Counted from the stretch's first letter, positions 1 through 9,968 are shown. The stretch: 53,439 nucleotides of DNA from Thermoanaerobaculia bacterium (GCA_044226625.1 JBGAGQ010000042.1:1-53439), one strand, 5' to 3'. The notes: generated by a model not told the origin, from the letters alone. Translations and numbers: made by a program.

Positions 1-33
1 CATGCGGCGATCGTGGAGAGGAGGCTGGTCGAG

Positions 34-609
34 CTAGCCCACCGAGGCGGCCGGTGGCGCTTCGGGCAAGGCACTTCTCCGCCGCGACAAGTGCCTCTCG
101 AGACGGTCTCTCACCGTCCGCAGGTGGAGCACCGGGTAGACGTTGAACAGAATTTCGATGAGGAGGAACGAGACGCCGAACCCCGGACGACCCGTGAAAA
201 ACAGGTAGGCGACGTAAGGGACGAACGGAATGGAGACCCAGAAATGGGAAGCCTCCGCCGCCTCGACGGACCGGGCGAGCGCCCGTAGGTCGGGCCGGCC
301 CTTTTTCACATAGACCGCCAGGTTGAGGACCCGTAGCGGCGTGTCCCGCAACACCTGCCCGAACTGAGGAACGAGCAGTCCACGGCAGAGCCTTCCCTCC
401 CGCTCGCAGCTCCGAATCTTCCGGAGGGGACCGGGCATGCGAAGCGTATAGATCGGCTCGGCCACCTTCGAGAGCCCGAGGAAATAGAACATCAGGAGCA
501 GCCCGAGCCAGGGCGAATCGGCTCCGATCACCCGGCGCAGCAGCCAAAAGCTCACTGCGAAGGCGAGCGCGACAGCGACGAGCAGGACGTAGCGGAAGAG
601 CTTGGCCAA
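34..609 (-). CDS. Membrane protein, possibly CrtO-like (glycosyl-4,4'-diaponeurosporenoate acyltransferase family)
   Basis: 191-aa ORF with several hydrophobic helices; AEASHFW and NVYPVLHLRTVRDRL resemble CrtO-family motifs. Confidence 0.5.
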   Translation of the reverse strand: MAKLFRYVLLVAVALAFAVSFWLLRRVIGADSPWLGLLLMFYFLGLSKVAEPIYTLRMPGPLRKIRSCEREGRLCRGLLVPQFGQVLRDTPLRVLNLAVYVKKGRPDLRALARSVEAAEASHFWVSIPFVPYVAYLFFTGRPGFGVSFLLIEILFNVYPVLHLRTVRDRLERHLSRRRSALPEAPPAASVG

Positions 610-637
610 GGCAGCGACTCCTGGCGGCCAGGCGAAG

Positions 638-1024
638 CTACTGACCCGCGGGCGGCTGCCAGAGCTCGACCTTGTTGCCCTCCGGATCCATCACCCAACC
701 GAACTTCCCGTACTCGGAGTCGTCGGTCTTGTCGAGCACGTCGCACCCCTCGTCACGGAGCGCCTGCAGCAGCGCCGCGAGGTCGTCGACCCGGTAATTC
801 ACCATGAAGGACGAAGTGCTCGGCGCGAACTGCTGGCTCGTCTCGGAGCCGATCGACCAGACGGTCATCCCCGTCGTCGGGTTTCCCGCCTCATCGGCCC
901 AGAGAAACGCCGTGCCTCCCCAATCCTGGACGTCGATACCCAAGTGCTTCTTGTACCAAGCGCGGAGCGCGACGGGATCCTTTGCCTTCCAGAAGATCCC
1001 TCCGATTCCTGTGACTCTCTTCAT
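638..1024 (-). CDS. VOC/glyoxalase family protein
   Basis: MKRVTGIGGIFWK start, NYRVDDL, GKFGWVMDPEGNKVELWQP; GGAGG-type RBS upstream. Confidence 0.9.
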   Translation of the reverse strand: MKRVTGIGGIFWKAKDPVALRAWYKKHLGIDVQDWGGTAFLWADEAGNPTTGMTVWSIGSETSQQFAPSTSSFMVNYRVDDLAALLQALRDEGCDVLDKTDDSEYGKFGWVMDPEGNKVELWQPPAGQ

Positions 1025-1334
1025 GGGAACCTCCGAAGTGCGGCCATGCTGGAGACCGATTGGGATGGACGGGGCGTGCTGAAGTGGAATTCGAGATGGT
1101 CCATCCTATCGCCCTTCCGGCTCGTCGAAAGCGGGCTCGCGCGCGCAGACGGCGGACCGGCATGCTCGCTTCGATTGAACTCCAACACGGCGCGTACGCC
1201 CCCGATCCCGCGTGGAGTGCTCTGGAGGTCTCGGCGTCGAGTCCGAATCCCTTCTCGTGGCGGCCCTGGAGGAGCAAGGCCGGACCGAGATCGTCCGCTC
1301 GGACGCCTTCGTCCTCGCGCAGAAGGCTTGAGGC

Positions 1335-1715
1335 CTATGCCTCGCTGATCGTCACGAAGTATCCGTCCGGATCGCGAAGCGAGAACTCCCGCGACCGCGT
1401 TTTCGAATTGACGTGGGGCTCCTCTTCGAGCGGTAGCCCGAGAGCGCGAACCCGATCGAGAGCGGGGTCGAAATCGTCAACGCGGAAAAAGAGCAGAAGC
1501 CCGTTGCCCGGTGCCTCGGGGGCGGAGTTCGTCAACGTCGGATGCTCATGAGCGCCCCATTCGTGAAGGCAGACGAGAACCGTCCCCTCCTCGTCGAGGA
1601 TCTGCCCAAAGTACTCGTGGGCCGGAGGAGTCGGCGTCAAGCCGAGAAGCTCCTGGTACCACCGACAGCTCGCCGGGACGTTCCGGACTCCGAGAATGGT
1701 CCAAAGGCGTTTCAT
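1335..1715 (-). CDS. VOC/glyoxalase family protein
   Basis: Start reassigned to MKRLWTILGV (ATG at 1715); LFFRVDDFD and REFSLRDPDGYFVTISE motifs. Confidence 0.85.
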   Translation of the reverse strand: MKRLWTILGVRNVPASCRWYQELLGLTPTPPAHEYFGQILDEEGTVLVCLHEWGAHEHPTLTNSAPEAPGNGLLLFFRVDDFDPALDRVRALGLPLEEEPHVNSKTRSREFSLRDPDGYFVTISEA

Positions 1716-2053
1716 TGGGGGCCTTTCGTTCCGGCGGGAGATCCGCCCCTGGGGCTCTCCCCGGTTAGCACCGCCGTCCCTTCCTCCGTTGCCTCGACAC
1801 GACGCAAGGCATCGACGAACACGTCGATGTTTTGCCGCCGCTATAGGGATTCTCAAACTGGTTTTCCCCGTGGACCAAAATAACCACCCGAATCTTCCAT
1901 CTCGACCTTTATGACCGAATGTCCGACGCCATCGGTGGTCCACATGTGGAGGTCACAGTAGCCCCATCGGGCTCGACGGCGAAGCTCTCATAGGGGCACG
2001 GCCCAACCTTACTCCGCAAAGGCGACCATCGCTCTCGGTCCCCGGGGGAGAAG

Positions 2054-2090
2054 TTGACCCGTCGGCGTCAATTGCGTCACACTGTGACAC
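2054..2090 (+). promoter_or_regulatory. Sigma70-type promoter and palindromic operator of the TA operon (probably leaderless)
   Basis: TTGACC (2054-2059), 18-bp spacer, CACACT (2078-2083); palindrome GTCACA-C-TGTGAC (2076-2088) just before the ATG at 2091; no SD. Confidence 0.6.
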
Positions 2091-2345
2091 ATGAAACGAG
2101 TCTCCCTCCGCGAGCTGCACGAGAACACCGGATCGCTCGTCCGCGAGGCCGTGCTTCTAGGCGGCATGGTCATCACAGATCGTGGCGAGCCCATCGCTCG
2201 CATCGAGCCTGAGACCCGCTTTGTCGACCGGCCATTTCAGCGTCGACGGGTGCTTCCCGCCTTTCAGGAGTTGCTGGACGCGGGCGCCCTACGAGGCGGT
2301 ACCGACAGCACTCAGATCGTTCGTGAGGATCGCGACGGCGGTTAG
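2091..2345 (+). CDS. Phd/YefM-family antitoxin
   Basis: MKRVSLRELHENTGSLVREA...VITDRGEPIARI, a typical Phd fold; immediately upstream of a PIN toxin. Confidence 0.85.
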   Translation: MKRVSLRELHENTGSLVREAVLLGGMVITDRGEPIARIEPETRFVDRPFQRRRVLPAFQELLDAGALRGGTDSTQIVREDRDGG

Positions 2346-2353
2346 GCCCCTGG

Positions 2354-2785
2354 ATGCTTTACTTCGACGCCGCCTTCATCGCTAAGTTCTATCTACAAGA
2401 GCCGGAGAGCGAAGCCGTCCGCGCGCTAACCGAAGACTCGCCCGGAGTTGTCAGTCTCGTGATCGGGCGGCTCGAAACGGAGCTGGTGTTCTCGCGCAAA
2501 CATCGCGAAGGAGCTCTCACCGCGGCGGCGCACGAAGCTCTCATCTCCCAATTTCAGATCGACTGCGAGGACGGTCTCTGGAACTGGTTGCCGGTCACCA
2601 ACGACTTGGTCGCCGCCGCGCAGGAAACGACCCGTCGCCTTCCTCCCCAAGCCTTCGTGCGCTCCCTAGATGCCCTCCACCTCACCTGTGCAAGCCGGCA
2701 CGGATACGCGGTCATCTACTCGAACGACAAGCGGCTCCTGGACGCCGCGCCTCACTTTGGACTTCAACGCGGCTCGCTCCAGTAG
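2354..2785 (+). CDS. vapC: VapC PIN-domain ribonuclease toxin
   Basis: MLYFDAAFIAKFY, RSLDALHL, YSNDKRL: conserved acidic PIN residues. Confidence 0.9.
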   Translation: MLYFDAAFIAKFYLQEPESEAVRALTEDSPGVVSLVIGRLETELVFSRKHREGALTAAAHEALISQFQIDCEDGLWNWLPVTNDLVAAAQETTRRLPPQAFVRSLDALHLTCASRHGYAVIYSNDKRLLDAAPHFGLQRGSLQ

Positions 2786-2993
2786 TTCCCTGGAGCCAGC
2801 CTCTTCCCAAGAGTCCGCTCGTTCGTATCGAGGCTTTTCGCTCTTCGACGGATCGTGCAGGAGAAGTAGATATTCCGCCTTCGGCGGCTTGCGCTTGGCG
2901 AGGAAAGCGTCGACCGCCTGGACCAGTTGGCAACAGAAATCCGGTCGGCTCACCGGATCAGTCGCGGCGCCGCGGAGGGCGAGGACTTACAAA

Positions 2994-3080
2994 TGGTGGA
3001 GGCGCTAGGATTCGAACCTAGGTAGGGCGAAGCCCGGCAGATTTACAGTCTGCTGCCATTGACCGCTCGGCCACACCTCC
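2994..3080 (-). tRNA. tRNA-Tyr (GTA)
   Basis: Reverse complement GGAGGTGTGGCCGAGCGG...GCAGA-CTGTAAA-TCTGC...GGTTCGAATCC...CCA; long variable arm; CCA encoded. Confidence 0.97.
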
Positions 3081-3121
3081 AAAGAACTGCGTGCTGCGGG
3101 CGCCAGGAAAGACCGGGAGGG

Positions 3122-3193
3122 AGCCGGCACCCGGGCTTGAACCGGGGACCCCCTGTTTACAAGACAGGCGCTCTACCGCTGAGCTATGCCGGC
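3122..3193 (-). tRNA. tRNA-Thr (TGT)
   Basis: Reverse complement GCCGGCATAGCTCAGCGGTAGAGC...CCTGT-CTTGTAA-ACAGG...GGTTCAAGCCC...TGCCGGCT; CCA not encoded. Confidence 0.95.
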
Positions 3194-3359
3194 GGGCGCC
3201 TGGGGTCTCCCCCAAGGGCGAGGCGGGAGTGTACTTGCTCGGAGGTCGGTTCCGCAAGGGCCCGGAAGGCTTGGCGCCGGGGGCAGGTGCTCCGGACCGA
3301 GGCGGCATGATTTGGGGCGATCCCGAGACGGACAAGGCCACGCTCCGCTCAGGGGAGAA

Positions 3360-3665
3360 GAGCTGGAAGTCACCGGTGGTCCGGCCCGGAACAGTCGTGA
3401 GCTGGAAGGTTTCACCGGTGATCTGGCCCAGAACAGTAGTGAGCTGGAGGATTTCACCGGTGATTTGGTCCGGAACAGTGGTGAGCTGGAAGATTTCACC
3501 AGGGATCTGGCCCAGAACAGTGGTGAGCTGGAAGATTTCATCAGGGGTCTGGCCCAGAACAGTGGCGGGCCGGAGGATTTCACCAGTGATCTGGCCCATA
3601 ACAGTAGTGAGCCGGAAGATCTCACTAGTGGCCTGGCTCTAAACAGTGGTGAGCTAGACGAATCC
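3360..3665. repeat. Degenerate 42-bp tandem repeat, about 7 copies
   Basis: Consensus GAGCTGGAAGATTTCACCGGTGATCTGGCCCAGAACAGTGGT; units start at 3360, 3399, 3441, 3483, 3525, 3567, 3609 and 3651 (partial). Confidence 0.95.
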
Positions 3666-3683
3666 AGCAGTGGTCGGGGCCGG

Positions 3684-4403
3684 CTAGGAGGCGCCCCGAC
3701 CCCGCGAGCGCTGCCGGACCGCTTCGTAGAGGACCGCCGCTCCCGCCGTCGCGATGTTCAGCGATTCGACGTGGCCGCGCATCGGGAGGCCGATCAGGCG
3801 GTCGCAGTTCTTCCGGGTGAGGTCGCGGAGGCCGCTCTCTTCCCCACCGAGGCAGATCACCACTTTGCCCGTGAGGTCGATCTCCCAGGGTGGCTCTCCC
3901 TGGGCGTCGGTGCCGTAGATCCAGAAGCCGTCCTTCTTGAGCTGGGCGATCGCCATCGCCGAGTTCGTGATCCGCTCGATCGAGAGCCACTCGCTCGCCC
4001 CGGCGGAGGTTTTGACCACCGTGGGCGAGATCGGCGCGGCGCCGCGGTCACGAATCATCACCTGCCCCACACCCGCCCCTTCGCAGACTCGGAGAACGGC
4101 GCCCAGGTTGCGTGGATCTTGGACGTCTTCGAGCAGGACGCGGAAATCCGGGTCGGCCTCGCTTTCGACCGCGGCGACGGCAGATTCCCGCACTTCCGCC
4201 ACCAGGCCGTTGTGCGCCGGGCCGGCAAGCGCGGCAAGCTCGCGCTCGGGCACGTCGAACAGCTCGATCCGGTGCCGGAGGCAAAGCTCGGCCACCTGCT
4301 CGCGCCGCGCGCCGCCGCGACCGCGCGCGACGAGGACACGAACCACCTCGTGCGGGCGGTGGCGGAGCGCCTCGCGGACCGGATGGAAGCCGTAGAGGAA
4401 CAT
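3684..4403 (-). CDS. rlmB: 23S rRNA (guanosine-2251-2'-O)-methyltransferase RlmB
   Basis: MFLYGFHPVREAL start (ATG 4403); DPRNLGAVLR, GGEESGL, ESLNIATA SPOUT motifs. Confidence 0.93.
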   Translation of the reverse strand: MFLYGFHPVREALRHRPHEVVRVLVARGRGGARREQVAELCLRHRIELFDVPERELAALAGPAHNGLVAEVRESAVAAVESEADPDFRVLLEDVQDPRNLGAVLRVCEGAGVGQVMIRDRGAAPISPTVVKTSAGASEWLSIERITNSAMAIAQLKKDGFWIYGTDAQGEPPWEIDLTGKVVICLGGEESGLRDLTRKNCDRLIGLPMRGHVESLNIATAGAAVLYEAVRQRSRGRGAS

Positions 4404-4431
4404 GAGGGGCGGGGGCGCTTGGCGCTCCCGT

Positions 4432-4986
4432 TCAGACCTCCAGGATCTGCTGTTCCTTCTTCGAGAGGGCGGTGCCCACCTCGGCGATGTAATGGTCGTG
4501 GAGCTTCTGGATCTCGTCGAAGCCGCGCCGCTCGTCGTCCTGGCTGATGGTCTTGTCCTTCTCCATCTTCTTGAGCTTGTCGTTGCCTTCCCGACGCGCT
4601 TGGCGGATGCCATTCTTCGCGTGCTCGGCGATGTCGTGGGCCTTCTTGACGATCTCGCGGCGGCGATCCTCGGTGAGCGTCGGCACCGGGATGCGGATCA
4701 CCTTGCCGTCGTTGCTCGGGTTGAGCCCCAGATCGGCCTTGATGATCGCCCGCTCGATCGCCGCGATCTGCGACGGATCGTAAGGCTGGGCGACCAGCAT
4801 CGCCGCGTCGGCCACCTGAAGGTTCGCGAGCTGGTTGAGCGGCGTCGGCGTGCCGTAGTACTCGGCCGTCACGCCATCGAGGAGCTGGAGCGAGGCGCGC
4901 CCCGTCCGCAGGTGCTTGAACTCGTGGTGGAGGTGATCCACCGCGTGCTTCATGTGGATCTCGATCTCGAGAAATAGCTCTTTCAT
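4432..4986 (-). CDS. frr: Ribosome recycling factor
   Basis: LRTGRAS, YYGTPTPLNQLA, LGLNPSNDG, PTLTEDRRREIVK. Confidence 0.98.
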   Translation of the reverse strand: MKELFLEIEIHMKHAVDHLHHEFKHLRTGRASLQLLDGVTAEYYGTPTPLNQLANLQVADAAMLVAQPYDPSQIAAIERAIIKADLGLNPSNDGKVIRIPVPTLTEDRRREIVKKAHDIAEHAKNGIRQARREGNDKLKKMEKDKTISQDDERRGFDEIQKLHDHYIAEVGTALSKKEQQILEV

Positions 4987-5161
4987 GGGAATTTTCCTCC
5001 GTCGCTAGCGGTGCCAGGGGCCGATGAGAAGGTCGGGAAGATCTTCTCCGCCCGGTTTCGGAGTGTCAACCGCCGGCCGGGTGGGTCGCCCGGCCGGCAC
5101 GGCATATCGTCGCATCGGATCCCGGAAACGGGAGCTTCTGCTTGGAATGGGCTCGACCGGA

Positions 5162-5887
5162 TCAATCGCGGACGATCGATCCGATCCGCTCGCCGCAGAT
5201 CACCCGGCGGATGTTGCCCGGGGTGCCGAGGTCGAAGATCGAGATCGGGATCTTATTTTCCCGGCAGAGGCTGATTGCCGCCGCATCCATCGCCTGGAGG
5301 TTCTTCTCGAGCACCTCCTGGTAGGTGACCTCCGGCAGGAGGCGGGCGTTCGGGTCGAGTTTGGGGTCGGCGGAATAGAGCCCGTCGACCTTGGTCGCCT
5401 TGAGCAGGATCTCGGAATGGATCTCCGCCGCGCGGAGCGCCGCGGCGCTATCGGTGGTGAAGAACGGGTTGCCGGTGCCGGCCCCGAAGATCACCGCGCG
5501 ACCTTTCTCCAGGTGGCGGATGGCCCGTCGCCGAATGTACGGCTCGGCGATGTCGCGGATGTCGATGGCGGTCTGGACCCGGGTCGTGACTCCGCGCTTT
5601 TCAAGGGCGTCTTGGAGGGCGAGCGCATTGATCACGGTGGCGAGCATGCCCATGTGATCGCCGGTCACCCGGTCGATCCCGCGATGGCTCGCCGCGAGGC
5701 CGCGGATGATGTTGCCGCCGCCGACGACCACCGCCAACTCCACTCCGAGGGCATGCACCTCTCGGAGCTGGTCGGCGATGTCGGCGACGACGGCTTCATC
5801 CAAGCCGAACGGCTTGTCGCCCATCAGGGCTTCGCCGGAAAGCTTCAGCAGAATCCGGCGATAGGCCGGTCGGGGCTCTTCGCTCAC
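5162..5887 (-). CDS. pyrH: UMP kinase
   Basis: [38 protein letters not shown]. Confidence 0.98.
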   Translation of the reverse strand: MSEEPRPAYRRILLKLSGEALMGDKPFGLDEAVVADIADQLREVHALGVELAVVVGGGNIIRGLAASHRGIDRVTGDHMGMLATVINALALQDALEKRGVTTRVQTAIDIRDIAEPYIRRRAIRHLEKGRAVIFGAGTGNPFFTTDSAAALRAAEIHSEILLKATKVDGLYSADPKLDPNARLLPEVTYQEVLEKNLQAMDAAAISLCRENKIPISIFDLGTPGNIRRVICGERIGSIVRD

Positions 5888-5891
5888 CAGG

Positions 5892-6545
5892 TCACTTGGT
5901 CCCGATGGCCGCGGCGACCTCGGCGGCGAAGTCGTCCTTGCGCTTCTCGATCCCCTCGCCGAGGCGGAAGCGGACGAAGCGGCGGATCTGGATGTTCTCG
6001 CCGATCGTCGCGACCTTCTCGACCACGAGCTCGCCCACGGTCTGATCGGGGTTCTTCACGTACGGCTGCTCGAGGAGCACCGCCTCGGAATAGAACTTCT
6101 CGATCTTGCCGTCGACGATCTTGTCGACGATGTTCGCCGGCTTGCCCGCGGCGATCGTCTGCTCGCGGTAGATCGCCCGCTCGCGGTCGAGCACATCGGG
6201 CGTGACCTCCTCGCGCCGGACGAAGCGGGGCTCGGCCGCCGCGATGTGCATCGCGATGTCCTTGACCAGCTCCTGGAACTGCTCGGTGCGAGCGACGAAG
6301 TCGGTTTCGCAGTTGACCTCGACGAGCACGCCGAGCTTGCCGCCGGCGTGGATGTAGGAGCCGACGGCTCCTTCCGCGGCCACTCGCGCCGCCTTCTTGT
6401 CCGCCGCGGCGAGCCCCTTCTTGCGCAGGAGGTCGACGGCCGCTTCCATGTCGCCCTTCGACTCGTTGAGAGCCGCCTTGCAATCCATCATCCCCGCGCC
6501 GCTACGCTCGCGGAGCTCCTTGACCATCTGAGCCGTGACTTCCAT
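5892..6545 (-). CDS. tsf: Translation elongation factor Ts (short, ~217-aa type)
   Basis: [23 protein letters not shown] (ATG 6545), [22 protein letters not shown]. Confidence 0.98.
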   Translation of the reverse strand: MEVTAQMVKELRERSGAGMMDCKAALNESKGDMEAAVDLLRKKGLAAADKKAARVAAEGAVGSYIHAGGKLGVLVEVNCETDFVARTEQFQELVKDIAMHIAAAEPRFVRREEVTPDVLDRERAIYREQTIAAGKPANIVDKIVDGKIEKFYSEAVLLEQPYVKNPDQTVGELVVEKVATIGENIQIRRFVRFRLGEGIEKRKDDFAAEVAAAIGTK

Positions 6546-6568
6546 CGCAACCTCCTTCGGGTGGTGCC

Positions 6569-6593
6569 GCCCCGCCCTGGGCGGGGCTTTTTT
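6569..6593 (+). terminator. GC hairpin plus T6 (terminator geometry on the + strand, antisense to rpsB-tsf)
   Basis: GCCCCGCCC-T-GGGCGGGGC followed by TTTTTT. Confidence 0.5.
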
Positions 6594-6770
6594 GAAACGC
6601 GCGGCAGCGACCGCGCGAAGAAAAGACGTGAAAACGTTGAGACGCGATTCCGAGAGCCCGGACAAGCGAAAAGGTCAGCCCGGGAGACCCATCGACTGAC
6701 CTTTTCTCGTGTCGGCGCAGCCGCGTTCTCGGCGAAGAGAGGCGGCTCGCCCGTCAGAGGCCCGAGAGGG

Positions 6771-7541
6771 TTAGACCGCGGGGGTGCTCTCCATGCTCGC
6801 GCCCTGTCCCGGCGGCGGCATCATGGGGGCGTCCTTGGCCTGGATCTCCTGGTCGCGCTCAAGCTTGCCGGCGCCCGCGAGGTAGGCGTCGGCGATGCGC
6901 GAGGCGAACAGGCGGATCGCCCGGATCGCGTCGTCGTTGCCCGGGATGATGTAGTCCACGAGCTCCGGATCGCAGTTGGTGTCGACCACCGCGATGACCG
7001 GAATGCGCAACTTGATCGCCTCGGAGATCGCGATGTCCTCCTTCTTCGGATCGATCACGAACAGCGCGTCCGGCAAATCGCTCATCTCGCGGATGCCTTC
7101 GAGGTTCTTCGCCATCCGCTCCCGCTCGCGATCGAGGCGCAGCCGCTCTTTCTTGGTGAGCGAGCTGTTCGTGTCGGCGAGCCGCGCCTCGATTTCCTTG
7201 AGCTTCTGGATCGAGGTGCGAAGCGTCACGAAGTTGGTGAGCGTGCCGCCCAGCCAGCGGTTGGTGACGGAAAACTCGCCACAACGCGCCGCCTCTTCGG
7301 CCATCGCCTCCTGCGCCTGACGCTTGGTGCCGACGAACAGGATGCGCTTGCCCTGGCTCGCGAGCTGATAGACGAACTCGGCCGCCTGCTCGAACAGCTT
7401 GAGCGTCTTCTGCAGGTCGACGATGTAGATGCCGTTGCGCTTGCCGAAGATATAGGGCTTCATCTTCGGGTTCCACCGCCGGGTCTGGTGTCCGAAATGG
7501 ACGCCAGCTTCCAGCAGCTCTTTCATGGTGACTCCGACCAA
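6771..7541 (-). CDS. rpsB: 30S ribosomal protein S2
   Basis: [43 protein letters not shown]. Confidence 0.99.
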   Translation of the reverse strand: MVGVTMKELLEAGVHFGHQTRRWNPKMKPYIFGKRNGIYIVDLQKTLKLFEQAAEFVYQLASQGKRILFVGTKRQAQEAMAEEAARCGEFSVTNRWLGGTLTNFVTLRTSIQKLKEIEARLADTNSSLTKKERLRLDRERERMAKNLEGIREMSDLPDALFVIDPKKEDIAISEAIKLRIPVIAVVDTNCDPELVDYIIPGNDDAIRAIRLFASRIADAYLAGAGKLERDQEIQAKDAPMMPPPGQGASMESTPAV

Positions 7542-7556
7542 GAGACCCCTCCTTAC

Positions 7557-7949
7557 CTAGCGCTTGCTGAACTGGAACCGGGCGCGGGCGCCGCGCTGGC
7601 CGTACTTTTTACGTTCCTTCTTGCGCGAATCGCGAGTCAGCAGTCCGGCCGACTTCAGGCGATCGCGCAGCTCGCCGTTCCACTCGAGCAGGGCGCGCGA
7701 GATGCCGTGACGGATCGCGCCCGCCTGGCCCGCGCTGCCGCCGCCGAGGACGGTGACGACGATGTCGAACTTCTCCGCCGTCTCGGTGAGCAGAAGGGGT
7801 TGCTTGATGACCATCTTCAAGACTTCGTTCGGGAAGTAGTCGTCGAGGGTGCGGTCGTTGACCTTGACCTCGCCGTTGCCCAGGCGCAAAAAGACCCTCG
7901 CCGTAGAGGTCTTGCGCCGGCCGGTGCCGTAATAGTGCAGATCGCTCAC
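7557..7949 (-). CDS. rpsI: 30S ribosomal protein S9
   Basis: [40 protein letters not shown]. Confidence 0.99.
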   Translation of the reverse strand: MSDLHYYGTGRRKTSTARVFLRLGNGEVKVNDRTLDDYFPNEVLKMVIKQPLLLTETAEKFDIVVTVLGGGSAGQAGAIRHGISRALLEWNGELRDRLKSAGLLTRDSRKKERKKYGQRGARARFQFSKR

Positions 7950-7986
7950 TTCGTCGTCTCCTGTTGGCTCGCCGCTGTCGGTCGCG

Positions 7987-8430
7987 TCAGATGGCCTTCG
8001 TCACGTCGAAGGAGGCGGGCTGCTGCGCCTGGTGCGGATGCTCGGCGCCCGCGTAGACCTTGACCTTGAGCTTCAGGCGACGGCCCAGCTTGTTCTTCGG
8101 CAACATGCCCCACACGGCCCGCTCGATCATCAGCTCGGGGCGGCGCCGGCGCAGCTTCTCGGCGGTCTCCGACTTGATGCCGCCCGGGAAGCCGCTGTGG
8201 CGGTAGTAGACCTTCTGTTGCTCTTTCCGCCCGGTGAGCACCGCCTTCTCGGCGTTGATCACGACCACGAAGTCCCCGGTGTCCAAGTGCGGAACGAAAT
8301 TCGGCTTGTGCTTGCCCATGATCAGGCCGGCGACCACGCTCGAAAGGCGACCGAGAGGCACGCCCGCCGCGTCGATCACCCACCAATCGCGTTCGATCTC
8401 GGACGCCTTGGGGCTGTAGGTCCTGTTCAT
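7987..8430 (-). CDS. rplM: 50S ribosomal protein L13
   Basis: MNRTYSPK start (ATG 8430); [34 protein letters not shown]. Confidence 0.99.
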   Translation of the reverse strand: MNRTYSPKASEIERDWWVIDAAGVPLGRLSSVVAGLIMGKHKPNFVPHLDTGDFVVVINAEKAVLTGRKEQQKVYYRHSGFPGGIKSETAEKLRRRRPELMIERAVWGMLPKNKLGRRLKLKVKVYAGAEHPHQAQQPASFDVTKAI

Positions 8431-8658
8431 CTCATCTCCCTGCTTACGCGTCTCAAAACGGCCCGAGGCTCGCACCGCTGATCCGGTCAGCCGCCGAGTT
8501 TCGGTATCGATACCTGAAGGTCGATGTCCAAAGCACTGATTTCAAAAGGCCAGCCCGCAACGACGAACCGAGGATGCGCTCTGGGGTACCCGGCTCGCGG
8601 GAGGGTCGAGAAGCGCTCGACAAACAGAACCCCGCCTCTGCCAGGCAAAGGACCTCCG

Positions 8659-8687
8659 AGTTTAGGGATGGAGGGCGGGGCTGTCAA
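8659..8687 (-). promoter_or_regulatory. Sigma70 promoter of the rplM-rpsI-rpsB-tsf-pyrH-frr operon
   Basis: Minus strand reads TTGACA, 17 bp, TAAACT, implying a 5' leader of ~220 nt before rplM. Confidence 0.75.
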
Positions 8688-8814
8688 GGGGACCCCCGCG
8701 AGGAATAGAGAGGGGGGCTCGGGAGCGCCGCAAGTCCGGAGGAACCCGGGCCAGGGGCGCGATACCTACGACAGGCGGCGGTAATAGGGCATAAATTTCC
8801 TCGATTGTCAAGAA

Positions 8815-8843
8815 TTGCCCCGGCGTTTTCCGTCTTCTAAGAT
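8815..8843 (+). promoter_or_regulatory. Putative sigma70 promoter of recA
   Basis: TTGCCC (8815-8820), 17 bp, TAAGAT (8838-8843). Confidence 0.55.
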
Positions 8844-8903
8844 CGGGTTCCCTCCGGCCCAAACCCCCGCGCCCCGACGATTCCGACGAGTGGCGCGGCT
8901 CTC

Positions 8904-8918
8904 GAACCCACGGAGAAC
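8904..8918 (+). promoter_or_regulatory. LexA (SOS) box GAAC-N7-GAAC
   Basis: GAAC-CCACGGA-GAAC, 17 bp upstream of the recA ATG; reverse complement of the GTTC-N7-GTTC box of Alphaproteobacteria and Acidobacterium. Confidence 0.75.
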
Positions 8919-8935
8919 GAGGAGCGTCTTTTCCC

Positions 8936-9967
8936 ATGTCCGAAGCGAAAGCGGATGCCAAATCATCAGACCGCCTGAAGGCCATCGAAGGAGCGCTCTC
9001 CCAGATCGAGCGCCAGTTCGGCAAGGGGGCGATCATGCGCCTCGGATCGCGGGAGGGGTTGGTGATCGATTCCATCCCGACCGGCTCGATCGCCGTCGAC
9101 TGGGCGATCGGAATCGGCGGTTTCCCCCGCGGCCGGGTGGTCGAGGTCTACGGCCCCGAGTCGTCGGGCAAGACGACCCTCGCCCTTTCCGTCGTGGGTC
9201 AGGCGCAGAAGAAGGGAGGCGCCGCCGCCTTCATCGACGCCGAGCACGCGTTGGACGCGGAGTACGCAAGGAAGCTGGGGGTCGACATCGACAACCTCCT
9301 CGTCTCGCAGCCCGACAACGGCGAGCAGGCGCTGGAGATCACCGAGATGCTGGTCCGCTCGAACAGCGTCGACGTGGTGGTCGTCGACTCGGTGGCGGCG
9401 CTCGTACCGAAGGCGGAGCTCGAAGGCGAGATGGGCGATTCTCACGTCGGCCTCCAGGCGCGCCTCATGTCCCAGGCGCTCCGCAAGCTGACGGCGATCG
9501 TCGCCAAGTCGAACACCTGCCTGATCTTCATCAACCAGATCCGCGAAAAGATCGGCGTCATGTTCGGCAACCCGGAGACGACGACCGGCGGCCGGGCGCT
9601 CAAGTTCTACGCCTCGGTCCGGATCGACATCCGGCGCATCGCCTCGATCAAGGACGGCGAGAACGTCACCGGCTCGCGGGTGAAGGTGAAGGTAGTGAAG
9701 AACAAGACCGCGGCACCGTTCCGCCAGGCCGAATTCGACATCGACTACGGCGAAGGGATCTCCCGCGCGGGCGAGCTGATCGACCTCGGCGTCGAGCACA
9801 AGCTGGTCGTCAAAAGTGGCGCCTGGTTCAGCTACGGCGACATGCGTCTCGGCCAGGGCCGAGAGAACTCGAAGCAGTTCCTCCGCGACAACGCGGAGCT
9901 CGCCTCCGAGATCGAGAACAAGGTGCGGGAGAAGCTCGGCATCCCGACGACGGCGGCGGAGGGGTAG
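8936..9967 (+). CDS. recA: Recombinase RecA
   Basis: [10 protein letters not shown] Walker [33 protein letters not shown]. Confidence 0.99.
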   Translation: MSEAKADAKSSDRLKAIEGALSQIERQFGKGAIMRLGSREGLVIDSIPTGSIAVDWAIGIGGFPRGRVVEVYGPESSGKTTLALSVVGQAQKKGGAAAFIDAEHALDAEYARKLGVDIDNLLVSQPDNGEQALEITEMLVRSNSVDVVVVDSVAALVPKAELEGEMGDSHVGLQARLMSQALRKLTAIVAKSNTCLIFINQIREKIGVMFGNPETTTGGRALKFYASVRIDIRRIASIKDGENVTGSRVKVKVVKNKTAAPFRQAEFDIDYGEGISRAGELIDLGVEHKLVVKSGAWFSYGDMRLGQGRENSKQFLRDNAELASEIENKVREKLGIPTTAAEG

Positions 9968-9968
9968 A

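Noticed and set aside
2666-2953. 95-aa minus-strand ORF after tRNA-Tyr
   Set aside because: Overlaps vapC by 120 bp on the opposite strand, with no RBS or motif; at most a gene remnant.
3119-3122. tRNA-Thr as a pseudogene because CCA is missing
   Set aside because: The cloverleaf is intact; many bacteria add CCA post-transcriptionally.
3360-3665. CRISPR array
   Set aside because: Units are contiguous and degenerate with no unique spacers; no cas genes in the window.
6246-8063. Long ORFs overlapping housekeeping genes (also 8815..10530, 27162..29009, 37759..40191, 50256..52313 and similar)
   Set aside because: Antisense or alternative-frame shadows of well-supported genes, expected in high-GC DNA; no recognisable motifs.
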